Source of the DNA: a virus
Lineage: Duplodnaviria; Heunggongvirae; Uroviricota; Caudoviricetes
Strand: one strand, 5' to 3'
DNA: 39,086 bases
IMG/VR virus record: IMGVR_UViG_2541047917_000011
Below are positions 1-9,677 of the stretch, in pieces. The notes below the pieces were generated by a model that was given only the letters and a program-made list of their open reading frames with translations, was not told the DNA's origin and ran no database searches. Every line of letters begins with the position of its first letter. Position 1 is the first letter of the stretch. The position numbers were made by a program, and so were the translations under genes.

Positions 1-429
1 TTCTGATTGACTGTCCGTGGCGCTGCTCAGTTGTACGGTGCCTTTTGCCGTCAGTGAAGCCGCAGGCACTCCCGTTATCTGACTCCACGGGTGAGTGTGG
101 CTGGCAGGCGCCTTGCCGGCTGCCAGGTCGTATGCAGCCTTGACCGCTTTTGGTGTGGCGGCCAGCGTTTCAGAGGTGCTGTTGGTGGCACTGCTCAGTT
201 GGGTGAACCCCTTAGCTGTCAGTGTCGCGTCCGGGTGGTTACGGGAACGTACGTGTTCAGCCAGTGACTGTGCGGCTTCCTCCGTTTTCTTCTTCAGCCA
301 TTTCGTCCTGTTTGCCAGTTGCCGGGGGGCTCGATTTGATATCCCGTCTGCACCACCCAGAACCGGATCTGATGTCTCCAGTTGATAGATATTTTCTTCC
401 CACTTTTCTGTTTCATTCAGGTTTCCCAT
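1..429 (-). CDS. Tail fibre protein, N-terminal part; gene continues past the window start
   Basis: Minus-strand ATG at 429-427, two nt after the upstream gene stop (432-434); first codons read MGNLNETEKW, the conserved N-terminus of Mu S / P2 H-type tail fibres; no stop reached before position 1. Confidence 0.7.
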   Translation of the reverse strand, partial: MGNLNETEKWEENIYQLETSDPVLGGADGISNRAPRQLANRTKWLKKKTEEAAQSLAEHVRSRNHPDATLTAKGFTQLSSATNSTSETLAATPKAVKAAYDLAAGKAPASHTHPWSQITGVPAASLTAKGTVQLSSATDSQSE

Positions 430-431
430 AA

Positions 432-1010
432 TCAACTGCTCCCGTGGTTATAACTGCCATCATGGATGGCGGTATTGTTATAGCGAATGGCCACAGACTG
501 ATACTCCAGGCTGGCCAGATGGCAGCGGGCCGGTGCAAATGCAGCCAGCGTCTGACGCAGCATCGCGGCCTGATCGTTAGTAATGGGCTGTTTCAGAATA
601 ACGCGATAAACTGCCCAGGCGGCTGCATCTCCATGAACAAACAGTCCGTTATAGCTGCGATTGCCGTCGTAACTGAGACGACCTGTGCCTTCAATCAGAT
701 CCACTTCACCAAAGCCAAAACGGCGGATAACTTCCCGGATTGACCACGGCGTCCCTTTATACCGGTGCAGTTCGATGGCTGCTTTTATAAGCATGCGGCG
801 AACATCGTCCGATTCCGCCAGCTCCCAGCCATCGCCAGACAGTGAGAACTGCTCGCCCAGCCATGGCAGCGCAGAACTGTCGACGATATCGACGAGAAAG
901 ACCATCAGTACGCTCAGGTCGATGTTATCCAGCCGTCCTGCCAGTCTTCCCAGCGTCCTGAGACTGATATCACCCTCAAGCGGTGGCGGGAGTTGTAATG
1001 GCTCAGTCAT
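432..1010 (-). CDS. Baseplate protein, P2 gpI / Mu gp48-like family
   Basis: 192 aa ORF; sequence pattern and position between J-like protein and tail fibre; start overlaps upstream gene. Confidence 0.75.
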   Translation of the reverse strand: MTEPLQLPPPLEGDISLRTLGRLAGRLDNIDLSVLMVFLVDIVDSSALPWLGEQFSLSGDGWELAESDDVRRMLIKAAIELHRYKGTPWSIREVIRRFGFGEVDLIEGTGRLSYDGNRSYNGLFVHGDAAAWAVYRVILKQPITNDQAAMLRQTLAAFAPARCHLASLEYQSVAIRYNNTAIHDGSYNHGSS

Positions 1011-2106
1011 CAGACACTCCAGTCATGTTAAGAGTGATTGCCGTACAGTTTGCCCATTCGTTTTCTGCCACCACCCTCAGTGCCGGTGTCACCAGTTCAA
1101 CCTGGTACACCCCGGAAACGGACAATGCACTGATAATCTGGCTGGGGACAATATCACGCCCCAGCGTGGCGGCACGTGATGCCACCCAGTTCTGTATGGC
1201 GCTGTTAGCGGCATCTTTTACAGACCTGGCATCCTGATCACGATAGATCGTAATCCTGGCTTCAATGGTGTAATCCACCTTCACTGGTGTTTTAGCCCGC
1301 ACTGTATCAGTGAGTGGCCTGACTTTCTCATCAGAGCAGAAACTCTCTACCAGCGTGAGAACACCGCCGTCCGGCAGACCGGTACTGAGCAGCGGATACA
1401 GATCTACGGTTCCGGGAACCGGGGAAAGCACAGCAACATCGACAATGTTGGGATGGGCCTGCATGGCATGAAAGCGGTATGCGCCACGGCTTCCGGCATT
1501 GGTGAATGACTCCGGGGCCAGCCTGATACGCTCCCGGAGCCTGTCATCGTCTTCCTGTTCTGAACCGCCGGAACTGGTCGTCAGATTGCTCACCAGCAGG
1601 TCGACGTTATCAATCTCATCGAGTAACTGACTGACCTGCGCAGGTTGCCAGCCGTTACCAGCGGTACCGGGTTCGGTACAGGTGGACGTGACATTGACCA
1701 GCAGCAATCCGGCCTTCAGTACCACATCTGTATCGGTGGCAAAAATAACGCTGTCGGAAGCGCTGACGCGGGTGCCTGCCGGGATCAGCACATCAATGGC
1801 CAGTGCCTCATCTACGGAGAACTGGAGCGTGGTGGTGGCAGGCTGCGCGGCAAGACGGTATACACCAACCAGTTCACCGAGGTAATCAATCATCGGCTCA
1901 CGGGCAAAGGCGACCAGATTCTGCTTTGCTGCCTCCTGTACCGCAACCCTGACCAGCATTTCGCGATAGGCCCACAGATCAATCAGCAGACGTTCTGCCT
2001 GTGCCGGGTACAGCGTTTTGCCGGTATCCGCTTCATACTTCGCAATCATTTCTGCCGTGATTTTGTCGGCATCGCGTTCAATAAAATCGGGTTCTGTCAG
2101 CGCCAT
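1003..2106 (-). CDS. Baseplate J-like protein (Mu gp47 / P2 gpJ family)
   Basis: 367 aa ORF with J-family features; 8-nt and 10-nt overlaps with neighbours as in tail operons. Confidence 0.8.
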   Translation of the reverse strand: MALTEPDFIERDADKITAEMIAKYEADTGKTLYPAQAERLLIDLWAYREMLVRVAVQEAAKQNLVAFAREPMIDYLGELVGVYRLAAQPATTTLQFSVDEALAIDVLIPAGTRVSASDSVIFATDTDVVLKAGLLLVNVTSTCTEPGTAGNGWQPAQVSQLLDEIDNVDLLVSNLTTSSGGSEQEDDDRLRERIRLAPESFTNAGSRGAYRFHAMQAHPNIVDVAVLSPVPGTVDLYPLLSTGLPDGGVLTLVESFCSDEKVRPLTDTVRAKTPVKVDYTIEARITIYRDQDARSVKDAANSAIQNWVASRAATLGRDIVPSQIISALSVSGVYQVELVTPALRVVAENEWANCTAITLNMTGVSDD

Positions 2107-2444
2107 AGCAGCTCCTGAGTCCGGGTCTGTCCGTCTGAGCCTTTCCAGCTCACCCGGAGCGTAAGATGTTCGCCGTCGACGGCGGGTTTAACTGACATAA
2201 GCTGGCAGCGGGGCTCCCAGCGCCGGATGGCATCGACGGATTCGCGCACCACATGCGGAATGGCCCGGTCTACAGGCCAGTCGATATAAAGATGCAGATT
2301 GCTGCCGAACTCCGGGCGATGCGGGTCGCTGCCGCGGGGAGTCCGCAGGATAATTTGAATCGCCTGCCGGATATCATCCAGCCCCCGGACAATTTCGCCG
2401 GGAGCCTGCAGGGCTGGTTGCCAGAATACTGAGGTCGTTTTCAT
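2097..2444 (-). CDS. Baseplate wedge protein, GPW/gp25 family (Mu gp46-like)
   Basis: 115 aa, size and conserved position between spike V and J-like protein. Confidence 0.75.
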   Translation of the reverse strand: MKTTSVFWQPALQAPGEIVRGLDDIRQAIQIILRTPRGSDPHRPEFGSNLHLYIDWPVDRAIPHVVRESVDAIRRWEPRCQLMSVKPAVDGEHLTLRVSWKGSDGQTRTQELLWR

Positions 2445-2498
2445 GGGGGCAGTATTGCCCCCGTGCGGGAACGCTGATATTAAAGGCGTTTAAGAAGC

Positions 2499-3095
2499 TC
2501 AGTGGGAGTGGTGGCTGGAGTTTTCGCCATCAGACAGCATACTGCCCGTGGCATGGGCATTCCCTTTAATCTCGATATTGCCATGGATGGTCGCGGTAAC
2601 ACCTTTACCACCAGAACCCGCCATGCCTCCTTCGTAAATCAGCTTTCCCCTGACACGCAGATCTCCGGTAAGTTCGGTTTCCGGTGCGTCAATCGTGGCT
2701 TTCTGTGTTTTCAATACCACATCAGCACCACACTCAATGACAATATGCTCAATGCCGCCCCGGATGGTCAGAGTGTGCGTCTTCCGGTTGTAGCTGTACT
2801 CTGCACCATCAGCAAACCGGGTTCCCCGGATATTTTTGTCACTGAACGGTGGTTTATCGACGTCTGAATACACCGCGCCCAGAATAACACCATCCTCGCC
2901 GTTGGCATCGAGCAGCACCTCAACCTGCTCCCCCACGTCAGGGAGCCAGTAATCTTTGTTATCCTGGGTATTACGCTGCAGCACGTTAAGCCAGTTTGTG
3001 CGCAGGTTATCGCATTCAGGCAGACGAACGCGGGCCTGAACCCTGTCGGCATCAACGGCACTGACCGTACCGACCTGACGAGTGACACCAGTCAT
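2499..3095 (-). CDS. Baseplate central spike protein, gpV family (Mu gp45-like)
   Basis: 198 aa; N-terminal OB-like region, Gly-rich C-terminal region ending in a His cluster (HHSH) reminiscent of metal-binding spike tips. Confidence 0.75.
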   Translation of the reverse strand: MTGVTRQVGTVSAVDADRVQARVRLPECDNLRTNWLNVLQRNTQDNKDYWLPDVGEQVEVLLDANGEDGVILGAVYSDVDKPPFSDKNIRGTRFADGAEYSYNRKTHTLTIRGGIEHIVIECGADVVLKTQKATIDAPETELTGDLRVRGKLIYEGGMAGSGGKGVTATIHGNIEIKGNAHATGSMLSDGENSSHHSH

Positions 3096-4246
3096 TTTTT
3101 CTTCTCCTTAATCACCGTCGATGTACTGCCATCCGGGTGATAAACCGTGAGTTTCTGAGTTTTTTGTTTTTTCCCTCTTGTGACTGGCCCCCGTGCCACT
3201 TCCAGCTCTGTGGTGTAGCCGCTGTTACGGTCAAACGCATGGCGGGCAGTGGTTATGAGCCATGGCCCGGATAACTGCCCAAAACCCACCAGTTCAATTT
3301 TGTTGCCTGCTGTCAGTTGAGGTGTTCCCGTCAGCGTCAGGGAGCCGTTCTGCTGGTATTCGTTATGTCTGGCCAGTGCTGAATCCGCTTTAATCCGGGC
3401 ACTGTCCGGGTCGCTGACGCGGCTGTTAACTTTAAGTGAGTCAGCGCTGGTAACCTTACCACCTTTGAGCTTTTTGTCGCTTTCACGGGTACCACCATCA
3501 GCTTCGTGGACGATCAGTTTTTTACTGCTGCTTTTCTGGTGTTTTACCTTTGCAGATTTATAGACCCGGTTGATGGTGTCACGCAGGGAAAAGCGGGCCA
3601 CATCCTGCGGTTTTAACTGCCTGACCGTCTCCTGACTGCGCAGTGTGGCCAGATGAGAAAAAATCAGCTGGTCACTGACCACTTTCACTGCATAACCATA
3701 CTCGCTGGCCAGCCGGCGCAGAAAACCCACGTCGGTTTCAGCATACTGGGTCACCCGGTCGATTCTGATGGACTCAATGCTGCCCACCAGTTTCAGCCGG
3801 TGCTTTCTGGCAATCCGCCCCGCAACAGCTGCCAGCGTGGTGTTCTCAAAACCACGGCTGGATTTAGTCCGCAGAGCACTGTTAACCGAGGTGGCCACCC
3901 CACGGATAGAAACAACGGAAGCGGGCGAACTCACTTCGATCTCGTCTATAGAGAACGTACCGCAGGACAGCAGCTTCTCGCCCTGATAGCCCATTTTCAG
4001 CGTCAGCGTGTCACCCTTGCCCGGATACCACTTATCCAGCCAGCGGCCATCGGTGTCGTCCAGCTCCACCTCAATGGTATCGGACTCATTTTTGATGTTA
4101 TCGCTCCAGGTCACACGGGTGACATAAGGCGCGATATCAGAGGTGATGTTTTTCTGCAGATACCACAGAGTGAACACCGGTGTCAGCACATCGCTGACGC
4201 CGGTTAACGCTGATGTGACTTGCGCAGTGCTGTTTATCTCAGCCAT
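3092..4246 (-). CDS. Tail/baseplate hub protein, late control D family (Mu P / P2 gpD-like)
   Basis: 384 aa, basic C-terminus, position after tape measure-U-X as in P2/Mu tails. Confidence 0.75.
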   Translation of the reverse strand: MAEINSTAQVTSALTGVSDVLTPVFTLWYLQKNITSDIAPYVTRVTWSDNIKNESDTIEVELDDTDGRWLDKWYPGKGDTLTLKMGYQGEKLLSCGTFSIDEIEVSSPASVVSIRGVATSVNSALRTKSSRGFENTTLAAVAGRIARKHRLKLVGSIESIRIDRVTQYAETDVGFLRRLASEYGYAVKVVSDQLIFSHLATLRSQETVRQLKPQDVARFSLRDTINRVYKSAKVKHQKSSSKKLIVHEADGGTRESDKKLKGGKVTSADSLKVNSRVSDPDSARIKADSALARHNEYQQNGSLTLTGTPQLTAGNKIELVGFGQLSGPWLITTARHAFDRNSGYTTELEVARGPVTRGKKQKTQKLTVYHPDGSTSTVIKEKKK

Positions 4247-4449
4247 GGGGCAATATCCTCTTCTGTACGGGCTTCTTCAGTCTCAATCACCGGGATCAGT
4301 AACAACAGCCCGGAGGGCAGCACCGGCGTGATGGCCACGTGAGGATTGGCGGCAATAATCCGGGGATAGCCCAGCGGGTCACCGTAGTACTGCCATGCCA
4401 GCGAATCCCAGCGCTCTCCGTCACGGGTAACATGTTCAAGAAACATCAC
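4234..4449 (-). CDS. Tail protein X (LysM-like, P2 gpX family)
   Basis: 71 aa with the GD..D.I...YYG...I.AANP...LP.G pattern typical of gpX; overlaps both neighbours. Confidence 0.6.
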   Translation of the reverse strand: MMFLEHVTRDGERWDSLAWQYYGDPLGYPRIIAANPHVAITPVLPSGLLLLIPVIETEEARTEEDIAPWLR

Positions 4450-5330
4450 ACACTCCTCGTCAGTATTCTGGCGGCCATTGCACTTAATCCCGGAGACATG
4501 CGGTTGAATGCTGTGCCGGCGGCGTTAAGCTGCCCGGAAACGGTATCCAGAGCACCTGCAATATTTCTTTTGTCCACACCACTCAGCGCAGACTGTGCCT
4601 GCTGTACATACGTGGCTGCTTCGCTGGCTGTTCTGGCCAGACTGATGGCATCGGGCATGGATTCAGAGAGTGCGTTAAACGCCGGAACACTTTTCCCCAG
4701 AGCCCCGGAGATATTACCCAGTCCGCTCATCAGCCCCGGCACACGGGTCAGTGCGACAACGGGGTTATCCTTCATTTTCTGTGTCACCCGAACGGCGCTG
4801 ATAGTGGTCTGGAGTACAGACTGCGCCTGTTTCGCATAGTTGACGCCGTTGCGGATGAACTGCGCCACCCCTGAAGGTGAAGGAATGGCACCGGAGACCG
4901 CCCCGACACCCGGGAGCTTCGTGCGTATTGCCGGTGGTTGCAGAGGATTTTTCGGATCACCGGTGTATTCCCGGAGAGACACGGTGGCACTGACAGCCAG
5001 CACGTTACCGGTGCTGTCTGTCTGCTCGCTGGTTGCGGTCACATCGGTAATCACGAACCAGCCACGATAGTCACCGTTGCCGAAGACCAGCGCCAGTGCC
5101 TGATGGGCTTTCATGGCTGTTCGCAGTCTCGCCAGCTCCACATCGGGTACACAATAATGCTGATGGAAAACCAGAGTTATCTGGATTTCGTCCAGCCTGT
5201 CGCCGACGAACTGCAGGCCAGGCTTACCCCCGATGCGGGCATGCTCCGCATAATCGACGCCGAACGTGGCCTCGAAGCCGTCCCAGTAGGTAATCAGCTC
5301 AAACTCAATATCACCCAGTACGGCAAACAT
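4446..5330 (-). CDS. Tail protein, GpU / DNA-circularisation N-terminal domain family (Mu N-like)
   Basis: 294 aa directly downstream of the tape measure gene (stop/start overlap at 5330). Confidence 0.6.
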   Translation of the reverse strand: MFAVLGDIEFELITYWDGFEATFGVDYAEHARIGGKPGLQFVGDRLDEIQITLVFHQHYCVPDVELARLRTAMKAHQALALVFGNGDYRGWFVITDVTATSEQTDSTGNVLAVSATVSLREYTGDPKNPLQPPAIRTKLPGVGAVSGAIPSPSGVAQFIRNGVNYAKQAQSVLQTTISAVRVTQKMKDNPVVALTRVPGLMSGLGNISGALGKSVPAFNALSESMPDAISLARTASEAATYVQQAQSALSGVDKRNIAGALDTVSGQLNAAGTAFNRMSPGLSAMAARILTRSV

Positions 5331-8281
5331 CAGCGGTACTCCTTACGTTGTTTCTGAGCCAGCAGACGCTCCAGCATTTTTTCCAGCTCATGCAGGCTCA
5401 TATTCAGGGCGCCAGTCAGTCCGGCAGGCGCTGTGGTTTCCCTGCCATTGAGGAAAAACTGAGGATTAAAGCTGACCTGGATACCACCAGACGTTCCACC
5501 GCCGGTTGCAGCTGCACCACGGCCTGAATATCCGGCAGCCAGGATTTCAGGCGAGGGGATACGGGGAACATCCGGTGTCATCTCATTTGCCAGACGTTGC
5601 CCTGGTAAAATCGATGCCCGGGTGGAGAGCGGAATAGCGGGCATGGAAGACAAACTATTGATTACGGCTCCGATCGCATTTTTAGCAGACGACATAAACC
5701 CATTGATATCGGGCAACGGCATACTGAAGCGAACACCTGAAGTGTTATCCCGTATTTCTGGCCCCTGAATGCTCACGGGCATTTTGGGGAGCAGTTCACT
5801 GGCCATTCGCTGCCCGGCCAGAGCTGCAAGCGGAGTGGTCCGCTGCAGGCCAATGGCGGCCCCCTGCGCGATATTGTCACCAAAGCCCATAAACACGCGG
5901 CTCGGCGAATGAATGCCCAGCTTTTCGCTGAACCAGCCACTGATGCTGTCACCCATTCCGGTTACACTGGATTTGAGCGACTCCCATTTGTTTTTGATAC
6001 CGTTAATCAGACCGTCGACAAGATGGCCACCGAAGTCGGTGAACTTTGCCGGCAGATCAACACCAAGATATTTCAGCGCAGCTGCAAAGGCTTTATAGAG
6101 CAGACCTGCCGGCGACCAGTTAATCAGCAGCTTACCAGTTCCCGCGATACCGCCGTTAAAGGCTTCCTGAATGTCAGCCCAGCACTGTTTAAACCAGCTA
6201 CTGATGCTGTCACCCATTCCGGTTACACTGGATTTGAGCGACCCCCATTTGTTTTTGATACCGTTAATCAGACCGTCGATAAGATGGCCACCGAAGTCGG
6301 TGAACTTTGCCGGCAGAGCAACGCCGAAATATTTCAGCGCAGCCGCAAAGGCTTTATAGAGCAGGCCTGCCGGCGACCAGTTAATCAGCAACTTACCAAT
6401 TCCCACAATGCCGCCGTTAAAGGCTTCCTGAATGTCTGCCCAGCGCTGTTTAAACCAGCCACTGACTGCCCCCCAGTTGCGGTAGATAAGGTAAGCTGCT
6501 GCCGCGACAGCGGTGATAACGAGACCGATGGGATTCATCATCAGCGCACGTCCAATCCAGAGAACAGCACGTCCGGCGAGCATAATTCCGCGAACCAGCC
6601 CCCCGGAGAGCACGCCACTCAGTGTTCTGGCTCCTTTGGCGACGGCGCTAAATCCGGTCACCAGCCAGCGGAGCTTACCGCCTTGCCCCAGTGCGAGCGA
6701 CAGACGAAGCCAGTTGGCCCGAAGTAAAACAGCATTTTTCCAGACACTTACAAAGGGGGAAATAAGGAGATTCAGCCCCAGTTTGAGACCAACAGTCGCT
6801 ATCTTAATCGCAAGGAGCGCACTGATGAGCTTAAAAGCCCCACTGACAAATTGCGGGTGAGTCGCTACCCAGTGTTTTGCCCCCTGAATGAGTGGAAGCA
6901 GTTCCTGAGTCAGAGAAATAAAAGATGGAGCTAATTGATCGCCCAGCGTAATTGCCAGATCACGACTGCTGACCATAAGTGCTTTAGTGGCTTCAAGGGG
7001 AGATTTCAGCCGCTGATCATAAGCACTGGCAAGCAAATCGTTATCCGCAGCCCTGAGAGCACCGGCACGGATCTCTCGATATCTGTCCATGTTGGCCAGC
7101 ATCGGGCGGATAAATGCCATGACCTGCATATCCGCGAACATATCGCCCAGACCAAAGTTTTTCGCCAGAGCCTGAAGTGCCTCATCTCTTGCCGTATCAT
7201 TCTTTATTTTCATGGCTGATTTGAAGCCGGCCAGCGCTTCGGGGCTTTTGGCATTGAGGTAACGTTCTATAACACTCAACATCCCTTCAATCGGAGAGAT
7301 CCCCGCAGCTTTATAACTCGCAATAGATCCCTGCAAATCAATACCCAGATCAGCAAACTGTTTCTGAGTATCGCGGGCAAAAATTTTGGTAAGAAAGTTT
7401 TTAAAATTATTGGCTGCTTCGTCGGTGGAACCTGCACCGATTTTTGCTATCTGGAGACTGGCCCCGATTTCAGCAACAGCCTCTTTTCCACTGGCAATAC
7501 CCGCCATCATTGGGGCCAGGGACTGCATCCACTTGACCTGATCCGGGATTTCAAATGACCCCTGGTCACCGGCATAAGCCATAATATTCTGAACGGCACC
7601 AAAATCTCTGGCCGCACCTTTCAGGGAGTTTTGCCAGACTGCGGCCACTTTTGCCCAGTCCTGAGCAGACGTGCGTGTTGCCGTTGCCGCGCGGGCAATA
7701 TCCGGCATCAGAAAACCGATATCTGACACATTATCAATATTGTCGCTGATGAGTGAACCCACCGCCTCCTGCAGCTCATCCTGATACTGATTGTATTTAA
7801 GCGCCCAGCCTTTTATCTGTCCGGCAAGTGCATCCCGCGTTTTATTGTCATATTTTGCGGTGATCGACATATCAATCATTTTGTCCTGAAAAGACATGGA
7901 CTGCTGAACGGCAGGGGAAACCGTATGATAAACAGTCTGTGCCATGCCATACGCTTCAATCCCCTGACCATACAGCGCCATGCGGTTAGCTTTCAGCGCA
8001 TCACTGGTAGCGGATGCCGCTGACAGACGGCGCTGCTGGCGCTCAATTTGCTCCATGGTGCGGCTTACCCGCAGCAGCTCGCTGTTGAGATGCTGCATCC
8101 GGGAAGAACCCAGTTGACCATAACGTTCTGTTGCACGGGTTAAAGCGTTCTGACGTTCCTGCAGGCGGCGTGAGGTATCGCTCAGGGAATCAAGCGCACG
8201 GCGGGTACCGCTCATTGCAGAACGGAATGTGCTACCAATCATCCCGCCGATAACAACGCCGACTGAAAACTGTCCCGACAT
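5330..8281 (-). CDS. Tail tape measure protein
   Basis: 983 aa, coiled-coil N-terminal half, Gly/Ala-rich hydrophobic segments, internal tandem repeat; located between chaperone and U/X/D genes. Confidence 0.85.
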   Translation of the reverse strand: MSGQFSVGVVIGGMIGSTFRSAMSGTRRALDSLSDTSRRLQERQNALTRATERYGQLGSSRMQHLNSELLRVSRTMEQIERQQRRLSAASATSDALKANRMALYGQGIEAYGMAQTVYHTVSPAVQQSMSFQDKMIDMSITAKYDNKTRDALAGQIKGWALKYNQYQDELQEAVGSLISDNIDNVSDIGFLMPDIARAATATRTSAQDWAKVAAVWQNSLKGAARDFGAVQNIMAYAGDQGSFEIPDQVKWMQSLAPMMAGIASGKEAVAEIGASLQIAKIGAGSTDEAANNFKNFLTKIFARDTQKQFADLGIDLQGSIASYKAAGISPIEGMLSVIERYLNAKSPEALAGFKSAMKIKNDTARDEALQALAKNFGLGDMFADMQVMAFIRPMLANMDRYREIRAGALRAADNDLLASAYDQRLKSPLEATKALMVSSRDLAITLGDQLAPSFISLTQELLPLIQGAKHWVATHPQFVSGAFKLISALLAIKIATVGLKLGLNLLISPFVSVWKNAVLLRANWLRLSLALGQGGKLRWLVTGFSAVAKGARTLSGVLSGGLVRGIMLAGRAVLWIGRALMMNPIGLVITAVAAAAYLIYRNWGAVSGWFKQRWADIQEAFNGGIVGIGKLLINWSPAGLLYKAFAAALKYFGVALPAKFTDFGGHLIDGLINGIKNKWGSLKSSVTGMGDSISSWFKQCWADIQEAFNGGIAGTGKLLINWSPAGLLYKAFAAALKYLGVDLPAKFTDFGGHLVDGLINGIKNKWESLKSSVTGMGDSISGWFSEKLGIHSPSRVFMGFGDNIAQGAAIGLQRTTPLAALAGQRMASELLPKMPVSIQGPEIRDNTSGVRFSMPLPDINGFMSSAKNAIGAVINSLSSMPAIPLSTRASILPGQRLANEMTPDVPRIPSPEILAAGYSGRGAAATGGGTSGGIQVSFNPQFFLNGRETTAPAGLTGALNMSLHELEKMLERLLAQKQRKEYR
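5921..6465. repeat. Tandem duplication (period 261 bp, about 2.1 copies, ~90% identical) inside the tape measure gene
   Basis: Motif AACCAGC(C/T)ACTGA recurs at 5931, 6192 and 6453; encodes repeated ~87-aa unit WFKQ.WADIQEAFNGGI... Confidence 0.85.
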
Positions 8282-8356
8282 AGTGGTTAACCTCCGGGGA
8301 AGGTGAAAAGACGTGAGGGGATAACGCAGAACAGCCGCTACTGGCGGCTGTCTGTA

Positions 8357-8450
8357 CTATGATTTGTCGCCGTACTCGCTTTTTATTTGCTCTTCAGCCT
8401 GCTCCAGCCACATCTCCAGATCGTCAGTATCGAGGGCATCAATCTCCCCC
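8357..8450 (-). other. Putative frameshift extension of the tail chaperone (+1 frame ORF continuing to 8357; G5 slippery run at 8446-8450)
   Basis: The +1 frame is open from 8614 to 8357 and encodes an acidic protein-like tail ending ...DDLEMWLEQAEEQIKSEYGDKS; otherwise 157 nt non-coding gap before tape measure start. Confidence 0.4.
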
Positions 8451-8774
8451 GGCTGAAACCGGAACCATCTCGCCAGCAGCCCCTGCGCCTGCGTCAGCGC
8501 CCTGGTTGCTCTCACCCATCCCCGTGATGAGCTGAAATCGTTTCTGTAACTGCAGGTAATCAGCCAGATCCATATTGTCGAGATCTTCCGGGAGAAGACC
8601 AGTACTGCGGGCAATCAGCGGTTCGTCCCAGTCTGCCGGGTTTTTGCTGATTTTGCGCACCTGCTTCAGGTCTTTTACCGTCAGGCGTTTCAGTTCAACC
8701 AGCTCAATTCTGGTGCCTGCAGCAGTGGTGAAGGGATAAGACAATTTAAAAGTATCGGATGGGGTCTGTGACAT
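8439..8774 (-). CDS. Tail assembly chaperone (short form), candidate frameshift gene
   Basis: 111 aa ORF immediately upstream of the tape measure gene, AGGAG RBS 7 nt before ATG 8774, overlapping downstream ORF in another frame. Confidence 0.55.
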   Translation of the reverse strand: MSQTPSDTFKLSYPFTTAAGTRIELVELKRLTVKDLKQVRKISKNPADWDEPLIARSTGLLPEDLDNMDLADYLQLQKRFQLITGMGESNQGADAGAGAAGEMVPVSAGGD

Positions 8775-8871
8775 GATTGTGCTCCTGTGTAAGTTCAGGG
8801 CAGTATGTCGGGAGAAGCGCGTGACGGATATTAAAGGAGATTAAGAAGAAGGGGCCGGAGCCCCTGTGATG

Positions 8872-9153
8872 TCAGCAAGTGCGAAACCCCTTGCAGTTAC
8901 GCAGGAAAGCGATGAGAAGCGTCTTTCCCTCAGATTTGCCGATGCCGGAGAACCAGTGGTCGGGAGGCTCCCATGCTTCAATCAAATCCGCCAGTTTGCG
9001 GGCCTTTGAACGTGTGCAGTCAATCGGGTCATTGGTTTTACGGGTATTAAAAAGGGTTTCCACCCCCGGAATATCAAGGAGGGTAAACCACGTACCATTT
9101 GACATGCCCAGTGCCGCACATCGTCCTCCTTTATCCGTCAGTTCAACACTCAC
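8872..9153 (-). CDS. Hypothetical small tail-region protein
   Basis: 93 aa ORF starting 3 nt after tube gene stop; followed by hairpin 8851-8864. Confidence 0.3.
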   Translation of the reverse strand: MSVELTDKGGRCAALGMSNGTWFTLLDIPGVETLFNTRKTNDPIDCTRSKARKLADLIEAWEPPDHWFSGIGKSEGKTLLIAFLRNCKGFRTC

Positions 9154-9155
9154 CG

Positions 9156-9677
9156 TCAGCCCCCGATATTGATACGGTAGTCAGTCAGTTGATCAACACC
9201 GCCGACCCGGAAGATGTTGGCCAGATAGTCCAGTTGCAGCAGCTCTTCACCATCCAGTACCTGTCTGATATACGTGCAGGTGAAGCTACTGGAGAACTCG
9301 GCGTTCTCGTGCTGTTTGAACGTCCCCAGCGGGTTCTTCTTGAACATAATCGTCAGGAAGGTGACCAGCGGGATTTCGTCAATCAGCCCCTGCGAGCTGT
9401 AGCGCTGGACGCTGGAACGACACTGCAGTGCCAGCGACCTGTACGGGTTCGCGGCAGACAGCATCGCATCGCGGTAAAAGCTGTTCCATTTGATTTCGCC
9501 TTCCAGTTTGTCAAAACCAGCCGGGAGTTCCACCTTACCCACCATCCCCAGCGCCTTGTGTTCCTGCATAATCATGGAGACATCGGGGAGTTTAACTTCC
9601 TCAGCCCGTCCCAGCAGGTTAGTACCATCCAGATAGATGTTGGCATTCGTGATGCGGTTTATCTCAATCTTTGACAT
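9156..9677 (-). CDS. Tail tube protein (Mu M / P2 FII family)
   Basis: 173 aa, immediately after sheath gene (overlap at 9677). Confidence 0.8.
   Translation of the reverse strand: MSKIEINRITNANIYLDGTNLLGRAEEVKLPDVSMIMQEHKALGMVGKVELPAGFDKLEGEIKWNSFYRDAMLSAANPYRSLALQCRSSVQRYSSQGLIDEIPLVTFLTIMFKKNPLGTFKQHENAEFSSSFTCTYIRQVLDGEELLQLDYLANIFRVGGVDQLTDYRINIGG

Noticed and set aside
95-385. 96-aa plus-strand ORF at the window start
   Set aside because: Antisense to the tail-fibre N-terminal coding region, whose conserved MGNLNETEKW start is on the minus strand.
8879-9172. 97-aa plus-strand ORF overlapping the 93-aa minus-strand ORF after the tube gene
   Set aside because: Only the minus-strand ORF fits the operon (start 3 nt after tube stop, terminator-like hairpin after its stop); the plus-strand frame has no context.
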